DNA of 64,000 nt from a bacterium. Lineage in GTDB: Bacteria > Patescibacteriota > Patescibacteriia > UBA10025. This document shows, piece by piece, positions 19,502 to 29,083 of the stretch. A program made the position numbers and the translations under genes. Every line of letters starts with the position of its first letter. Position 1 is the stretch's first letter. Under the pieces are notes generated by a model. The model searched no databases. It was given only the letters and a program-made list of their open reading frames with translations, and was not told the DNA's origin. The stretch is from contig JAKAGM010000001.1 of assembly GCA_021815445.1 (NCBI GenBank), positions 154,910 to 218,909 on the forward strand, given 5' to 3'.

Positions 19502-19657
19502 ATGTCACAGGATAACCTTACCAAGCTCGAGTGCACGGTGTGCCATCGTATCAATTATCACACCTTTAAGAACAAGAAAAAGCTCAAGAACCGTCTTGAG
19601 ATGAAAAAGTTCTGCACGTGGTGCGGCAAGCATCAGGTACACAAAGAGACGAAGTAA
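19502..19657 (+). CDS. rpmG: 50S ribosomal protein L33
   Basis: Below ORF-track cutoff; [51 protein letters not shown]. Confidence 0.95.
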   Translation: MSQDNLTKLECTVCHRINYHTFKNKKKLKNRLEMKKFCTWCGKHQVHKETK

Positions 19658-19673
19658 CCCTGAGTCTCATTGA

Positions 19674-19748
19674 GGGGGTATGGTGAAATGGCTATCACAA
19701 CGGTCTCCAAAACCGTTATTCTAGGTTCGAATCCTAGTACCCCCGCCA
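19674..19748 (+). tRNA. tRNA-Trp(CCA)
   Basis: GGGGGTA/TACCCCC acceptor, ACGGT-CTCCAAA-ACCGT, encoded CCA. Confidence 0.95.
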
Positions 19749-19851
19749 AAAGGCACCCAGCATCGTTGGGCGTTTTTTGGTATACTGTATAGTGAAACCA
19801 AATGCATCATGCAGAACTTTAGTAAGAGAGTTTCTATTTCAGTTGAAGAGT

Positions 19852-20634
19852 ATGAAATTCATGACCTACAACATATTAAACGGAGGAAAGGCCGGGCTTG
19901 ATCGCGTCGTTGAAGTAGTAAGAAAAGAGTCCCCGGATTATCTTACGATTAATGAAGCAAATACATTTGCGGATAAAAATAATAAAGGCCTTAAGGAGTT
20001 CGCTCGCCGATGCGGCTTCAAGTACTTCGAATTAGCTCTCTCTGGAGAGAAGGAGTATCACGTTGCGGCATTATCAAAGAAAAAGTGGCAAAGAGTGAGG
20101 CGCGTTACGCCGCTCATGAGGGGGTGTGTTGCAGCCGAGTTTGAAACTACTATCGGCAAACTATCCATTGCCAGCTTTCATTTGACGCCGTATACGGAGG
20201 ACCTCCGCCTGCCGGAAATTGACGTCATCGTATCGTCTCAAAAGGGATTCGAAAATAAGATATTGATGGGAGACGCCAACTCCCTTTCTCCATATGATGA
20301 CTATGATTCCCGAAAAGTCAAAACCTTTAACGAGGTACAGCTGAAGAAGTTCACCAGAAATGGGCAGTTAAGGTTTGATGCAATTAAAAAAATCATGTCG
20401 CATGGGTATTTAGACAGTGCTTTGGAAATGAAACGCAATCGTGACTATACGGCTCCCACGTCGATTAACGAGGATTCAGTCCATTCCGACATGAGGCTCG
20501 ACTACATTTTTGTATCTGAACCGTTGCGACCGTTCCTGTATACGTATTATGTCGTGAAGAACTCACTGACACAAATAGCATCGGACCACTATCCCGTTGT
20601 TCTGGAGCTACAAGGTCTAGAAATACTCGACTAA
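19852..20634 (+). CDS. Endonuclease/exonuclease/phosphatase family protein
   Basis: MTYNI, NE, GDAN, RLDYIF, ASDHYPV motifs. Confidence 0.9.
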   Translation: MKFMTYNILNGGKAGLDRVVEVVRKESPDYLTINEANTFADKNNKGLKEFARRCGFKYFELALSGEKEYHVAALSKKKWQRVRRVTPLMRGCVAAEFETTIGKLSIASFHLTPYTEDLRLPEIDVIVSSQKGFENKILMGDANSLSPYDDYDSRKVKTFNEVQLKKFTRNGQLRFDAIKKIMSHGYLDSALEMKRNRDYTAPTSINEDSVHSDMRLDYIFVSEPLRPFLYTYYVVKNSLTQIASDHYPVVLELQGLEILD

Positions 20635-20752
20635 ACTTAACTGCACATTTGCGAATATGTGCAAACAAGGTAATGTGTCATGATTTTTCCAAGTGGAGGT
20701 AAGAGGTACTACTGACGAGGCGTCATTAGTCTGCACTGATCAATCGGCATAT

Positions 20753-20779
20753 AAAAAAGCGGTTCCTCGGAAGAACCGC
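20753..20779 (-). terminator. Intrinsic terminator
   Basis: GCGGTTC/GAACCGC stem with T6 on minus strand, after ORF 20811-21257. Confidence 0.6.
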
Positions 20780-20810
20780 GATGTTCGGATGTGCAGGTGG
20801 CAGATAGAGG

Positions 20811-21257
20811 TCAGTCGACTTTGAATATTGCCCGGATACTGCCGGTAACTGGCCCATATTCAACCAAATGTTTGAGACCGAACGGGGTCGCCCATGTCCG
20901 TATCAGCTCCAAATAGTGAGGGTCCTTTCGAGCCTGATTCAAGCAGCGCCGCCGCTCTTTAGTAGGCAGTCCCGGTTTGGCTCGGCCGATCTCGATTATG
21001 GTATCTTGTCCTGTGACCAGATCGAACAAATGTTCAGAGGTAATCTTGCCCCTGAAATGATGTGGCAGAGCGGTTCGCATCTCCCGAATAAGCTGCTTCG
21101 TTCTTTCAGTGAGTGCCCGGTTTATAATAGGCACTTCCCTCAAAGACAGGTTCTGCGCCCCTTGGACCATCGTTGCGATTTTCACGCATCCTCCCTGTTG
21201 GTTTGGGTTTTGGGGATCTATCACCGAATCATAGCCCTCCAATACTCGCATTGTCAA
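20811..21257 (-). CDS. Hypothetical protein
   Basis: 148-aa ORF filling the gap and followed by a terminator; no motif recognised. Confidence 0.55.
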   Translation of the reverse strand: MTMRVLEGYDSVIDPQNPNQQGGCVKIATMVQGAQNLSLREVPIINRALTERTKQLIREMRTALPHHFRGKITSEHLFDLVTGQDTIIEIGRAKPGLPTKERRRCLNQARKDPHYLELIRTWATPFGLKHLVEYGPVTGSIRAIFKVD

Positions 21258-21357
21258 ACTCAGTCGATGATCGCAGTAATTCCTTGCGAGCCTACATTGT
21301 GGTCAAAACCGGAACGTCCTTAGGCACCCTTAGGCGTTTTTTGGTATACTACCACTC

Positions 21358-22095
21358 ATGAGTCTTGACTATCTAATACATTTTGTATTACCTTTTTCCG
21401 CTGATACGTTTGTTGTGACTGAGCGGAACTTTCACGAACAAGTGAAAAAACATTTTGTCGAATCTCCACAGTCTCGCGTTCTTTCCGTAGCGTTACCCTG
21501 GTGGGGTTTTCGCGATGTGGGATCGTTGGGTCAGAAGATTGTACGGAGCGGTCATTCGTTCCTTGGATACGAATTTCCCGTAGGCATTTTGAGCGCTGAT
21601 TATCAAGCCACACGACGGTATTTTGAAATGATCAGGGATATGGTGGTTGAGGATATTCGCAGGCTGCAAGCTTTACATCATTTTTCGGAAGTGAACATTG
21701 TGGGCGTAAGCCTGGGCTGTGTTCACGCCACCATGGTCTCAGAGGAATTTCCCTTTGATGCGATTACGCTCGTAGTGCCGGGACACTGTTTAGCTGAGTC
21801 ACTGTGGTATGGCATTAGGACGCAGAACCTCAGGAAAGAATTTCAGAAACAGGGAGTCATACTTGAACAGTTAAAAAAAGAATGGTACGCACTTGCGCCT
21901 GAACATAATGTTCATAACATGAATCAATCTTCAATTACCGTTTACCTTTCGCAATCTGACAAGGTCATACCGTACCGCTGCGGCAAAAAACTGGTCGAAG
22001 TCATGCGCCAGAAGGGTCTCAATCCGCTGGTGAGAGAAAATAAGTACTGGGGCCATTATGGAACAGTGAAGCGGTTTGAGTGGGGAACAATATAA
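21358..22095 (+). CDS. Alpha/beta hydrolase fold protein
   Basis: GVSLG nucleophile elbow, D-KVIP, GH; leaderless start 7 nt after TATACT. Confidence 0.8.
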   Translation: MSLDYLIHFVLPFSADTFVVTERNFHEQVKKHFVESPQSRVLSVALPWWGFRDVGSLGQKIVRSGHSFLGYEFPVGILSADYQATRRYFEMIRDMVVEDIRRLQALHHFSEVNIVGVSLGCVHATMVSEEFPFDAITLVVPGHCLAESLWYGIRTQNLRKEFQKQGVILEQLKKEWYALAPEHNVHNMNQSSITVYLSQSDKVIPYRCGKKLVEVMRQKGLNPLVRENKYWGHYGTVKRFEWGTI

Positions 22096-22140
22096 TCATG
22101 ATCTCTCCTCAGCGTAAATATGATAAGATATAGTTATGAT

Positions 22141-22644
22141 ATGAATAGTGGACCGAAGCGAAAGGTTGTTTGCCACGATATATATGGCAAACTATACAAA
22201 GTTCCTGCCGATAAGCTGTCCTTTAGGCCTTCTGTCTATGGCGTTATCATCCGAGGCAGTAAAATTCTTCTCTCCAAACAGTGGGATGGATACGATTTTC
22301 CCGGCGGCGGGATTAAATTGGATGAGACCGTAGAAGAAGCTCTGATGCGAGAGGTGAAAGAAGAAACCGGATTGCGGGTACGGATGGGGAAAATTGTTGC
22401 TTGTCAGAGTTCATTTTTCAAGCTTCCCTCATCGGGCAATTATGTCAACGCGGTGCTCGTGTATTACCTTTGTGCGATCGCAGGCGGAAAAATATCTACC
22501 GACTACTTTGATGCCCACGAAAAAGAATACGCCGGCAAGGCGGAGTGGCTGGACATTTCAAAAGTCGGAACTGTAAAATTCTATAATTCTGTTGATAATT
22601 GTAAGGTGGTAGAGGAAGCGCAACGGATAAAGAACTGTAAATAA
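22141..22644 (+). CDS. NUDIX hydrolase
   Basis: PGGGIKLDETVEEALMREVKEETGL Nudix box. Confidence 0.9.
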   Translation: MNSGPKRKVVCHDIYGKLYKVPADKLSFRPSVYGVIIRGSKILLSKQWDGYDFPGGGIKLDETVEEALMREVKEETGLRVRMGKIVACQSSFFKLPSSGNYVNAVLVYYLCAIAGGKISTDYFDAHEKEYAGKAEWLDISKVGTVKFYNSVDNCKVVEEAQRIKNCK

Positions 22645-22648
22645 TGCC

Positions 22649-23209
22649 ATGACCAAATATATCCTCCATGGCGGAGTTACGAAAGGGGCGGATCCGATGA
22701 ATGATAGTTTCTTCCAGGAAGTTACACGGGAGAGCGCCGGGAAAACCAGAATCCTGCTTAACTATTTTGCGCGAAAACCCGAGGAGTATGAACAGTCTGC
22801 CAAGGAGGACAAGAAACGTTTTTTAGAAAATAGCCCTCATACTGATGTAGAATTCGACATCGCGGATCCTCACCGACTTGCCGAACAATTGGAGAGATGC
22901 CCCATAATGTACATTAAGGGAGGAAATACCCCCTTGCTTCTCAAGCTGCTATCTCATGCGCAAGATTTTCGCAAATGTATCAATGGCAGAGTGATCGCCG
23001 GGGTATCAGCCGGTGTTAATGTGCTTTCTGCGTATTATTGGTCGAACCATAATACAAGGATTATGGAAGGGCTGGGCATTCTCAATATCAAAGTAATATG
23101 CCATTTCCATCCTGAGGATAATGAAATAGTGAAAAAGCTTTTATCCTACAAAGAAGATTTGCCGTTGCTCACATTGCCCGAGTATCATTGGGCGGTGATG
23201 TACCGGTAA
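22649..23209 (+). CDS. Peptidase S51 / class I glutamine amidotransferase-like protein
   Basis: YIKGGNT, AGVSAG, CHF motifs. Confidence 0.8.
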   Translation: MTKYILHGGVTKGADPMNDSFFQEVTRESAGKTRILLNYFARKPEEYEQSAKEDKKRFLENSPHTDVEFDIADPHRLAEQLERCPIMYIKGGNTPLLLKLLSHAQDFRKCINGRVIAGVSAGVNVLSAYYWSNHNTRIMEGLGILNIKVICHFHPEDNEIVKKLLSYKEDLPLLTLPEYHWAVMYR

Positions 23210-23238
23210 TTCGCCCACATCCTTTTTTACTGGCTTTT

Positions 23239-23267
23239 TTGACTTCACTATTAATCCTTGATACAGT
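23239..23267 (+). promoter_or_regulatory. Sigma70-like promoter of the dehydrogenase/aconitase pair
   Basis: TTGACT-17 nt-TACAGT. Confidence 0.5.
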
Positions 23268-23360
23268 GTCACCGCGCCAGTGGATGTTTTTTGGCGTTGT
23301 ACGGTGCGTTCGTTGACAATTAACGCAGTAAATATGGGCCATTTTCAGGAGGGTTTCTCA

Positions 23361-24401
23361 ATGGCAAGGAAGATCGCAGTGATTCCCGGAGACGGAATCG
23401 GACCAGAAGTCATCAGACCGGCTGTGGATGTGCTCAAACATCTTCAGCCGGGATTCGAGTTGGACATGTTTGACCTGGGTGCTGAGAGATATCTCAAGGA
23501 TGGCACGACGATGCCGCCGGAGCTGATGGCGTCTTTGAAGGACGGCGTCTATGATGCCGTCTTACTCGGCGCCCTTGGGGATCCGCGCGTGCCCGGGAAT
23601 GAACCCGCGCATGACATACTCCTTGGATGCCGGTTCGGGCTGGATCTGTTTGTGAACCACCGCCCCGTCAGATTGCTCGTCCCGCGGTACTCGCCACTCA
23701 AGACCGCTTCCGGGATCGATATGACCATATTCCGGGAGAACACCGAGGGTGAGTACGTCGGCATGGGCGGGACGATGCGCAAAGGCCTCCCTGACGAGAT
23801 TGCAACCGAGCTGTCTGTCGCGACCCGTCACGGAGTTGTGCGTATCATCGAGTATGCGTTCATGTGGGCCCAGCAGAACGGGAAGAGACGAGTCTGTTGT
23901 GCGACCAAAGCGAATGCCCAGCCTGAAACCGGGGGTGTGTGGATGCGGGCATTCAGAGACATTTCCGCTCGGTATCCCCGAATTGACGCTCGGCACATGT
24001 ATATTGACGCCGTCGCGGCGCAGATGGTTTTGCATCCCGAGGATTTTGACGTGATTGTCACCAGCAATTTGTTCGGGGACATCATCACTGATCTCGGCGC
24101 CGCCATTGCCGGCAGCATGGGCCTCGCGGCAAGCGGTAACATCAATCCCGCGGGCATCGGGCTCTTTGAGCCGGTGCATGGCAGCGCTCCGGATATCGCA
24201 GGAAAGGGAATCGCAAATCCCATGGCGGCCATCCTGAGCGTCGGGATGATGTTCGCCCATATGAAGTTGCCGGAACTTGCAGAGAAGGTCGAGAACGCGG
24301 TCACCGCGTGCCTCGAGGAGTCGATTGTCACCCAAGATCTTAGTGGGACATACACGACCGTTGAAGTCGGCAATGCGGTTCTGCAGAAACTCGTCGAATG
24401 A
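23361..24401 (+). CDS. Isocitrate/isopropylmalate (LeuB/tartrate-type) decarboxylating dehydrogenase
   Basis: IPGDGIGPEV, RENTEGEY, NLFGDIITD, EPVHGSAPDIAGKGIANP; AGGAGG SD 8 nt upstream. Confidence 0.92.
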   Translation: MARKIAVIPGDGIGPEVIRPAVDVLKHLQPGFELDMFDLGAERYLKDGTTMPPELMASLKDGVYDAVLLGALGDPRVPGNEPAHDILLGCRFGLDLFVNHRPVRLLVPRYSPLKTASGIDMTIFRENTEGEYVGMGGTMRKGLPDEIATELSVATRHGVVRIIEYAFMWAQQNGKRRVCCATKANAQPETGGVWMRAFRDISARYPRIDARHMYIDAVAAQMVLHPEDFDVIVTSNLFGDIITDLGAAIAGSMGLAASGNINPAGIGLFEPVHGSAPDIAGKGIANPMAAILSVGMMFAHMKLPELAEKVENAVTACLEESIVTQDLSGTYTTVEVGNAVLQKLVE

Positions 24402-24436
24402 AATGAATCGAACGAATCCATGGTAAAGGAGCAAAC

Positions 24437-26356
24437 ATGAAACTTACGGGACGAGTTCTGGTCCTCTATGAGGATCCGGAACTCATACGACGCCAGTTGG
24501 ACGGGGAAGACATTCCGTATACCGGGCAGCCGCTTGCCTTTGGCGTCAACACTGACCAGATGATCAGCGGCGGCGCTTGTACGCTCGGGTATACCGAGGA
24601 CATTCTCGGCCCGCATTTCCTCGAGAACTTTCTCGGTGTTGTGAATGCCGATGATGTTCACAAGGGCGGGTTCCAGGTGATCGTGGCGGGTGAGGCGTAC
24701 GGTACGGGGTCGAGCCGTGAAGTCGCCGTGGTCGCACACCGGGGGGCGGGGATCAAGCTCGTGATAGCACGAAGTTGTGAACGCATCTTCATGGAGAACA
24801 TGGCCTATTCCGGCATGCCGTTCACGGTTGATTTCAAAATTCTCGAACGACTGCTCTCTGGCGGGGACGTGAACTTCAGCGAGCTTAGCGGGGCCCTCCC
24901 ATCTTTTTTCGGGGAAGTTACGAGCTCCGGCGGGCTCTTGCCCTATGGCTCGGCATGGTGGAGGGGAGACATTTCGCCTTGGTACGATACAGGGCGCAAA
25001 CCTCATCCGATGACCATCGTGGAAAAGATCATCGCGTCACAAGCATGGTCTGGCTGTAAGTCGTTCGGCGTACACGCGGTGAATCCTGGCGAACAACTTC
25101 TCTGTAAGGTCGGGTTCCGCGGGATGCATGAATACACAGCAGGCATGTGCTTCTCGTTGTTCCGTGAAGCCTATGGTGACTCCAGACCGCATACCTCCCG
25201 ACTTCAGGACGTGGTGTGCTTTCAGGATCATTTTGTGCTGATCGACTCACCGACCACGCCGGTCGAGGCTAAAAACGCGCGGCTCGGTCCATCAAGGCAG
25301 CTGACTGATGAGATGGTGGCCGCCTGCCAAGAGTACGGCGTTCCACTGCACGGACCGGGCCGTGATCGAGCGGCAGGCGTTTGTCACCGGCTCGTTGTCG
25401 AGCAGTATGCCCGTCCAGGCGATATCGTTGTGCTGACTGACTCCCATACGCCGACGGCAGGTGTGATGAACTGTTTTGCGTTCGGCGTTGGATCGACGGC
25501 GATGGCGTTCGCTCTGCGGACTGGCATGATCCCGGTGACAGTTCCGAAGACAGTCCGCGTGATTGTGAACGGGCGTCCCCACTCCGGGCTTTCGCCGAAA
25601 GATCTTATCCTTCATCTGATCGGGGATCCGTATTTCCGAGAAAAGCGGTGGATGAGTAATCCTACTGACACCTGTGTGATTCAGTTCGGGGGGAAAGGAC
25701 TGAGCTCTTGGAGCGTCGATGAGCTCTCCGTGCTCACCAACATGACTGTGGAGGGAGGGCTCATGAGCGGTGTAGTTGAGCCGTGTCTTCCGATCTACGA
25801 TTTTCTGAATGCGTACCGGGGTGATGGTATGGCGGGTTCGATGGTCCATCCCGATGACGGCGCGCATTATGAGCGGGTTATCGAGGTCGACCTTGCCGAG
25901 GTGCCACTCACCATCGCTTTACCGGGTGACTCACGGAACCGCGCCTTATTGAGCGATCATACGGGGGTGGAAGTCCACAACGTCGTGATCGGCTCCTGCA
26001 CTGGCGCCTCACTTAAGGATCTCAGATCCGCGTCAACAGTTTTGCGCGGCAGAACGATCAAACCGGGCGTTCGTGTCACAGTGAGTCCTTCAAGTTCGGA
26101 TGTAGCCGCACGGGCCGAGGAAGCGGGGATTCTAACACTTTTCCGTTCCCTTGGTGCCGTCGTCACTGAACCAGGTTGCGGAGCATGTATCGGCAACGGA
26201 CCCGGTGTTCCATTACCTGGTGAGGTTACCGTATCCACGACCAACCGCAACTTTGACCGACGCATGGGTTCTGACGGGCCTGTTTATCTCGTTTCGCCAT
26301 CTGTCGCTGCGGCCAGTGCCGTGACGGGTCGTCTGACTGACCCGAGAAGCCTTTAA
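24437..26356 (+). CDS. Aconitase-family dehydratase, fused small (LeuD-like) then large (LeuC-like) subunits
   Basis: N-terminal NTDQM and GSSRE swivel domain; then DH, GVCH, DSHT, IGSCTG, PGCGACIG, STTNRNF. Confidence 0.9.
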   Translation: MKLTGRVLVLYEDPELIRRQLDGEDIPYTGQPLAFGVNTDQMISGGACTLGYTEDILGPHFLENFLGVVNADDVHKGGFQVIVAGEAYGTGSSREVAVVAHRGAGIKLVIARSCERIFMENMAYSGMPFTVDFKILERLLSGGDVNFSELSGALPSFFGEVTSSGGLLPYGSAWWRGDISPWYDTGRKPHPMTIVEKIIASQAWSGCKSFGVHAVNPGEQLLCKVGFRGMHEYTAGMCFSLFREAYGDSRPHTSRLQDVVCFQDHFVLIDSPTTPVEAKNARLGPSRQLTDEMVAACQEYGVPLHGPGRDRAAGVCHRLVVEQYARPGDIVVLTDSHTPTAGVMNCFAFGVGSTAMAFALRTGMIPVTVPKTVRVIVNGRPHSGLSPKDLILHLIGDPYFREKRWMSNPTDTCVIQFGGKGLSSWSVDELSVLTNMTVEGGLMSGVVEPCLPIYDFLNAYRGDGMAGSMVHPDDGAHYERVIEVDLAEVPLTIALPGDSRNRALLSDHTGVEVHNVVIGSCTGASLKDLRSASTVLRGRTIKPGVRVTVSPSSSDVAARAEEAGILTLFRSLGAVVTEPGCGACIGNGPGVPLPGEVTVSTTNRNFDRRMGSDGPVYLVSPSVAAASAVTGRLTDPRSL

Positions 26357-26384
26357 AACAAAATATCAACTTGCACATTGTTCC

Positions 26385-26411
26385 AAGACGAGGGAATCCT
26401 CGTCTTTTTTT
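26385..26411 (+). terminator. Intrinsic terminator
   Basis: AAGACGAGG-GAAT-CCTCGTCTT plus T run. Confidence 0.8.
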
Positions 26412-26450
26412 ATTTGCCACGTACGCTCTTCCTAAGGTACAATCAAACGC

Positions 26451-27221
26451 ATGACGCGCCAACTTCGCACAATGATGTCTGCCGCCCGGGCCGGGGGGAA
26501 AATTCTCCGGAAATATTTTGGGCAGGAACTTACACTTGTGCAAAAAACCAAGCGCAGTGATTTTCTCACAAAAGCTGATCTCGGCTCTGAGCGGGCGATT
26601 TTGTCTGTTCTGAGGAAACATTTCCCCCGGTACAATAGTTACGCAGAGGAATCGGGGGAGCGGCATGTGGGTTCTAACTGGACATTTGTCGTTGACCCCC
26701 TCGATGGCACCTATAACTTTGTCATCGGAGTTCCCCAGTTTTCAATTCCCATTGCGCTCACACATGAAGGCAGATTAGTAGCTTCGGTTGTCTTTCACCC
26801 GATACTCGACTGTATGTATTACGCCGAGAAAGGTGGCGGCGCTTTCCTCAACGGCAAGCGTATCAGGGTGAATCGGGAAACGCGGTATGCCCATGCAACA
26901 ATCTCCTACGTCGGCGGTTATCATAACGCCTTGCGTGCACACTGGAAGGTTATCAGCTCCATTGTCCAGCTTAGGTGCAAGCGGATGACCAACTTTTGGA
27001 CGCCCGCACTTGACTTTTGCCTACTCGCTTCGGGAAAGATTGAGGGCGTTGTCAATTACAACTCGGAAATTTATGATTTTCTTGCAGGGAAGCTTATCGC
27101 ATTGGAAGCCGGGGCTCGTATTACGAATTTTAGGGGAAAGCCGGAAAAAGGCGATTTGAATAGGGAGTTTATTGCGACTAACGGCAGGATCCATGCTCAA
27201 TTGCTCCGTTCAGTAAAGTAA
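26451..27221 (+). CDS. Inositol monophosphatase family protein
   Basis: TKAD, AEES, VDPLDGTYNF, YDFLAG. Confidence 0.9.
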   Translation: MTRQLRTMMSAARAGGKILRKYFGQELTLVQKTKRSDFLTKADLGSERAILSVLRKHFPRYNSYAEESGERHVGSNWTFVVDPLDGTYNFVIGVPQFSIPIALTHEGRLVASVVFHPILDCMYYAEKGGGAFLNGKRIRVNRETRYAHATISYVGGYHNALRAHWKVISSIVQLRCKRMTNFWTPALDFCLLASGKIEGVVNYNSEIYDFLAGKLIALEAGARITNFRGKPEKGDLNREFIATNGRIHAQLLRSVK

Positions 27222-27336
27222 TACCATTTGGCATTAGTTTTTTTCATTTGACATTGATACCTGAAAAAGGTACTTTTGTCGCATAGGCAATGTAAAGAAG
27301 TCATGTTCGTTCTCAAACTATGTGTCGGGAGGAGAT

Positions 27337-27738
27337 ATGCTTTTACGCAAGTGGCTGTGCGCGTCCTGCGGTATTCTTATCGGATCGCTGGTATATAACG
27401 GCGTTGGAGTACTATGCTGGTTCTTTGGCCAAGGTTCTGCCGGCGCCGTAGTGCAGATTGTCGTTCTTGCCGCCATGACCCTGGTGGGAGTGTACTTTCT
27501 CAAAAGGGTTCAGCCCATGATGTTTTTCGATGAGTTATTCTGGACCATGGTGTGGTTCGGGCCTGCAGTCTTCGCGCTTATCTGGTTGGCGGCCGGGCCG
27601 CTGCTTACCGTGAGCACTGCAGAATCTTGGCTGCTGAGCGCGGCCAAATTCATCGCCAGGATGGTAGTCATTCCGTTGGTTGGAGGGGGAGCTACGGTCA
27701 TAGCGGTTCGTAATACAAAGCTCATCAGCGATAGATAA
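27337..27738 (+). CDS. Four-TM membrane protein
   Basis: Hydrophobic ORF with own promoter (TTGACA-17-TACTTT, 27248-27276), GGAGGAG SD and terminator. Confidence 0.75.
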   Translation: MLLRKWLCASCGILIGSLVYNGVGVLCWFFGQGSAGAVVQIVVLAAMTLVGVYFLKRVQPMMFFDELFWTMVWFGPAVFALIWLAAGPLLTVSTAESWLLSAAKFIARMVVIPLVGGGATVIAVRNTKLISDR

Positions 27739-27743
27739 GTATT

Positions 27744-27776
27744 CCGCCGGTTCATATTTGAACAGGGCGGTTTTTT
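27744..27776 (+). terminator. Intrinsic terminator
   Basis: CCGCC...GGCGG stem plus T6. Confidence 0.7.
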
Positions 27777-27890
27777 CTTACCTTGACGCGGTAAAGGTCA
27801 AACCGTAGTATTCAGGCAACAGCCAGGGCTATGTACGGCTTCTCCGTTAAGTGCGATATATATACTATACGCGTGGTATTCCGTCATTAT

Positions 27891-29036
27891 ATGACTTCGA
27901 ACTTCGATCAATATACGCATAGTCATCGACGTACCTGGAGGTGGGTTAAATACATTGTGTTCGGCTTTTTGGGGATTATTGTTGCCGGAATACTTTTTAT
28001 CAAACTGGATACGGCAGGTTCGGCCAACTTTACCGACAATGTTCTGCGGCCGATTTTTGGCCCTCGCATTGTCGTAGGTGTCGAGAAGATTTTTTTTAAT
28101 TTGTCGGATACAACGCAGCAGCTCCACTCAAAATTTTCAGAGCCCACCAGCCCGCTTCTCGGCAACGACACAATAATTAAGCAAGGCTCCGGAGGGGCGC
28201 TTGATCTTACGCCGATACCTGTGTCGTCAAATTTCACGTCTGTCGCTCATGAGGGCTTCTGGCGCGATAAACCTCTCAGCCTTTTTCCCGGAGAGCATGT
28301 TGCCGCCTATACGGTTGTCAGGCCTGATCCCGACCGTTCGTTTGCTTTTACGACCTTGATTCAAATCGACATGACCCGTGTAAGACTTGGAGTTGTAGCA
28401 GGAACTCAACAACCCGGCGGACCAGTCGGCAAACCCGGTCCCGGGATTATTCCGCCTGATATCGTCAAAAGCGACAAACTCGTAGCCGCATTTGACGGGG
28501 GATTCCAGTACCGTGACGGAGCATATGGCATGATTGTCGGTTCTACCACATATTTGCCCCTCAAAAATGATTTGGGAACTGTCGTCGGGTTCAACGATGG
28601 CTCTGTTGATATTATCAACTACACAGGTCAGACGTTGGGAGACAATGTGGCTTTTGTGAGGCAAAACTGCCCGATTCTTATCAATAACGGCGTCATCGGA
28701 ATAACGGATCCGAATAATAAAGCGCTTTGGGGACGCACGTTCTCCTCGGGGATGTATACGTGGCGGACAGGGATGGGGCTGACGAGGGAGGGAAACCTCG
28801 TTTTCGCCGTGGGCAACAATCTGATACCCGAAACGCTGGCCCAAGCGCTGCGCATGGCCGGGGCCGTGAATGCAATCCAGCTTGATATTAATCCGAACTG
28901 GGTGCGTTTTAACTTTTTTGAACCCAAAGGGGGAGGTGCGTACGCATCAACAACGCTCACGAAGGATTTGAAGGACGGATCCGCGGAATATCTCAATGGC
29001 GACAAGAAAGATTTTTTTTATCTTTATAAAAAATAA
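27891..29036 (+). CDS. Phosphodiester glycosidase (NAGPA-like) family membrane-anchored protein
   Basis: One TM; AAFDGGF, TWRTGMG, AIQLDIN motifs. Confidence 0.75.
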   Translation: MTSNFDQYTHSHRRTWRWVKYIVFGFLGIIVAGILFIKLDTAGSANFTDNVLRPIFGPRIVVGVEKIFFNLSDTTQQLHSKFSEPTSPLLGNDTIIKQGSGGALDLTPIPVSSNFTSVAHEGFWRDKPLSLFPGEHVAAYTVVRPDPDRSFAFTTLIQIDMTRVRLGVVAGTQQPGGPVGKPGPGIIPPDIVKSDKLVAAFDGGFQYRDGAYGMIVGSTTYLPLKNDLGTVVGFNDGSVDIINYTGQTLGDNVAFVRQNCPILINNGVIGITDPNNKALWGRTFSSGMYTWRTGMGLTREGNLVFAVGNNLIPETLAQALRMAGAVNAIQLDINPNWVRFNFFEPKGGGAYASTTLTKDLKDGSAEYLNGDKKDFFYLYKK

Positions 29037-29083
29037 GTGCCCAGATAGTTTTTGTAGACACAATAAATAATGAGGATGCTCTG

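Noticed and set aside
19674-19748. Alternative genetic code (UGA recoding)
   Set aside because: Conserved genes such as rpsB and prfA end properly at TGA and no in-frame TGA interrupts conserved ORFs
23562-25006. 290-aa and 392-aa minus-strand ORFs
   Set aside because: Antisense shadows of the GC-rich dehydrogenase and aconitase genes
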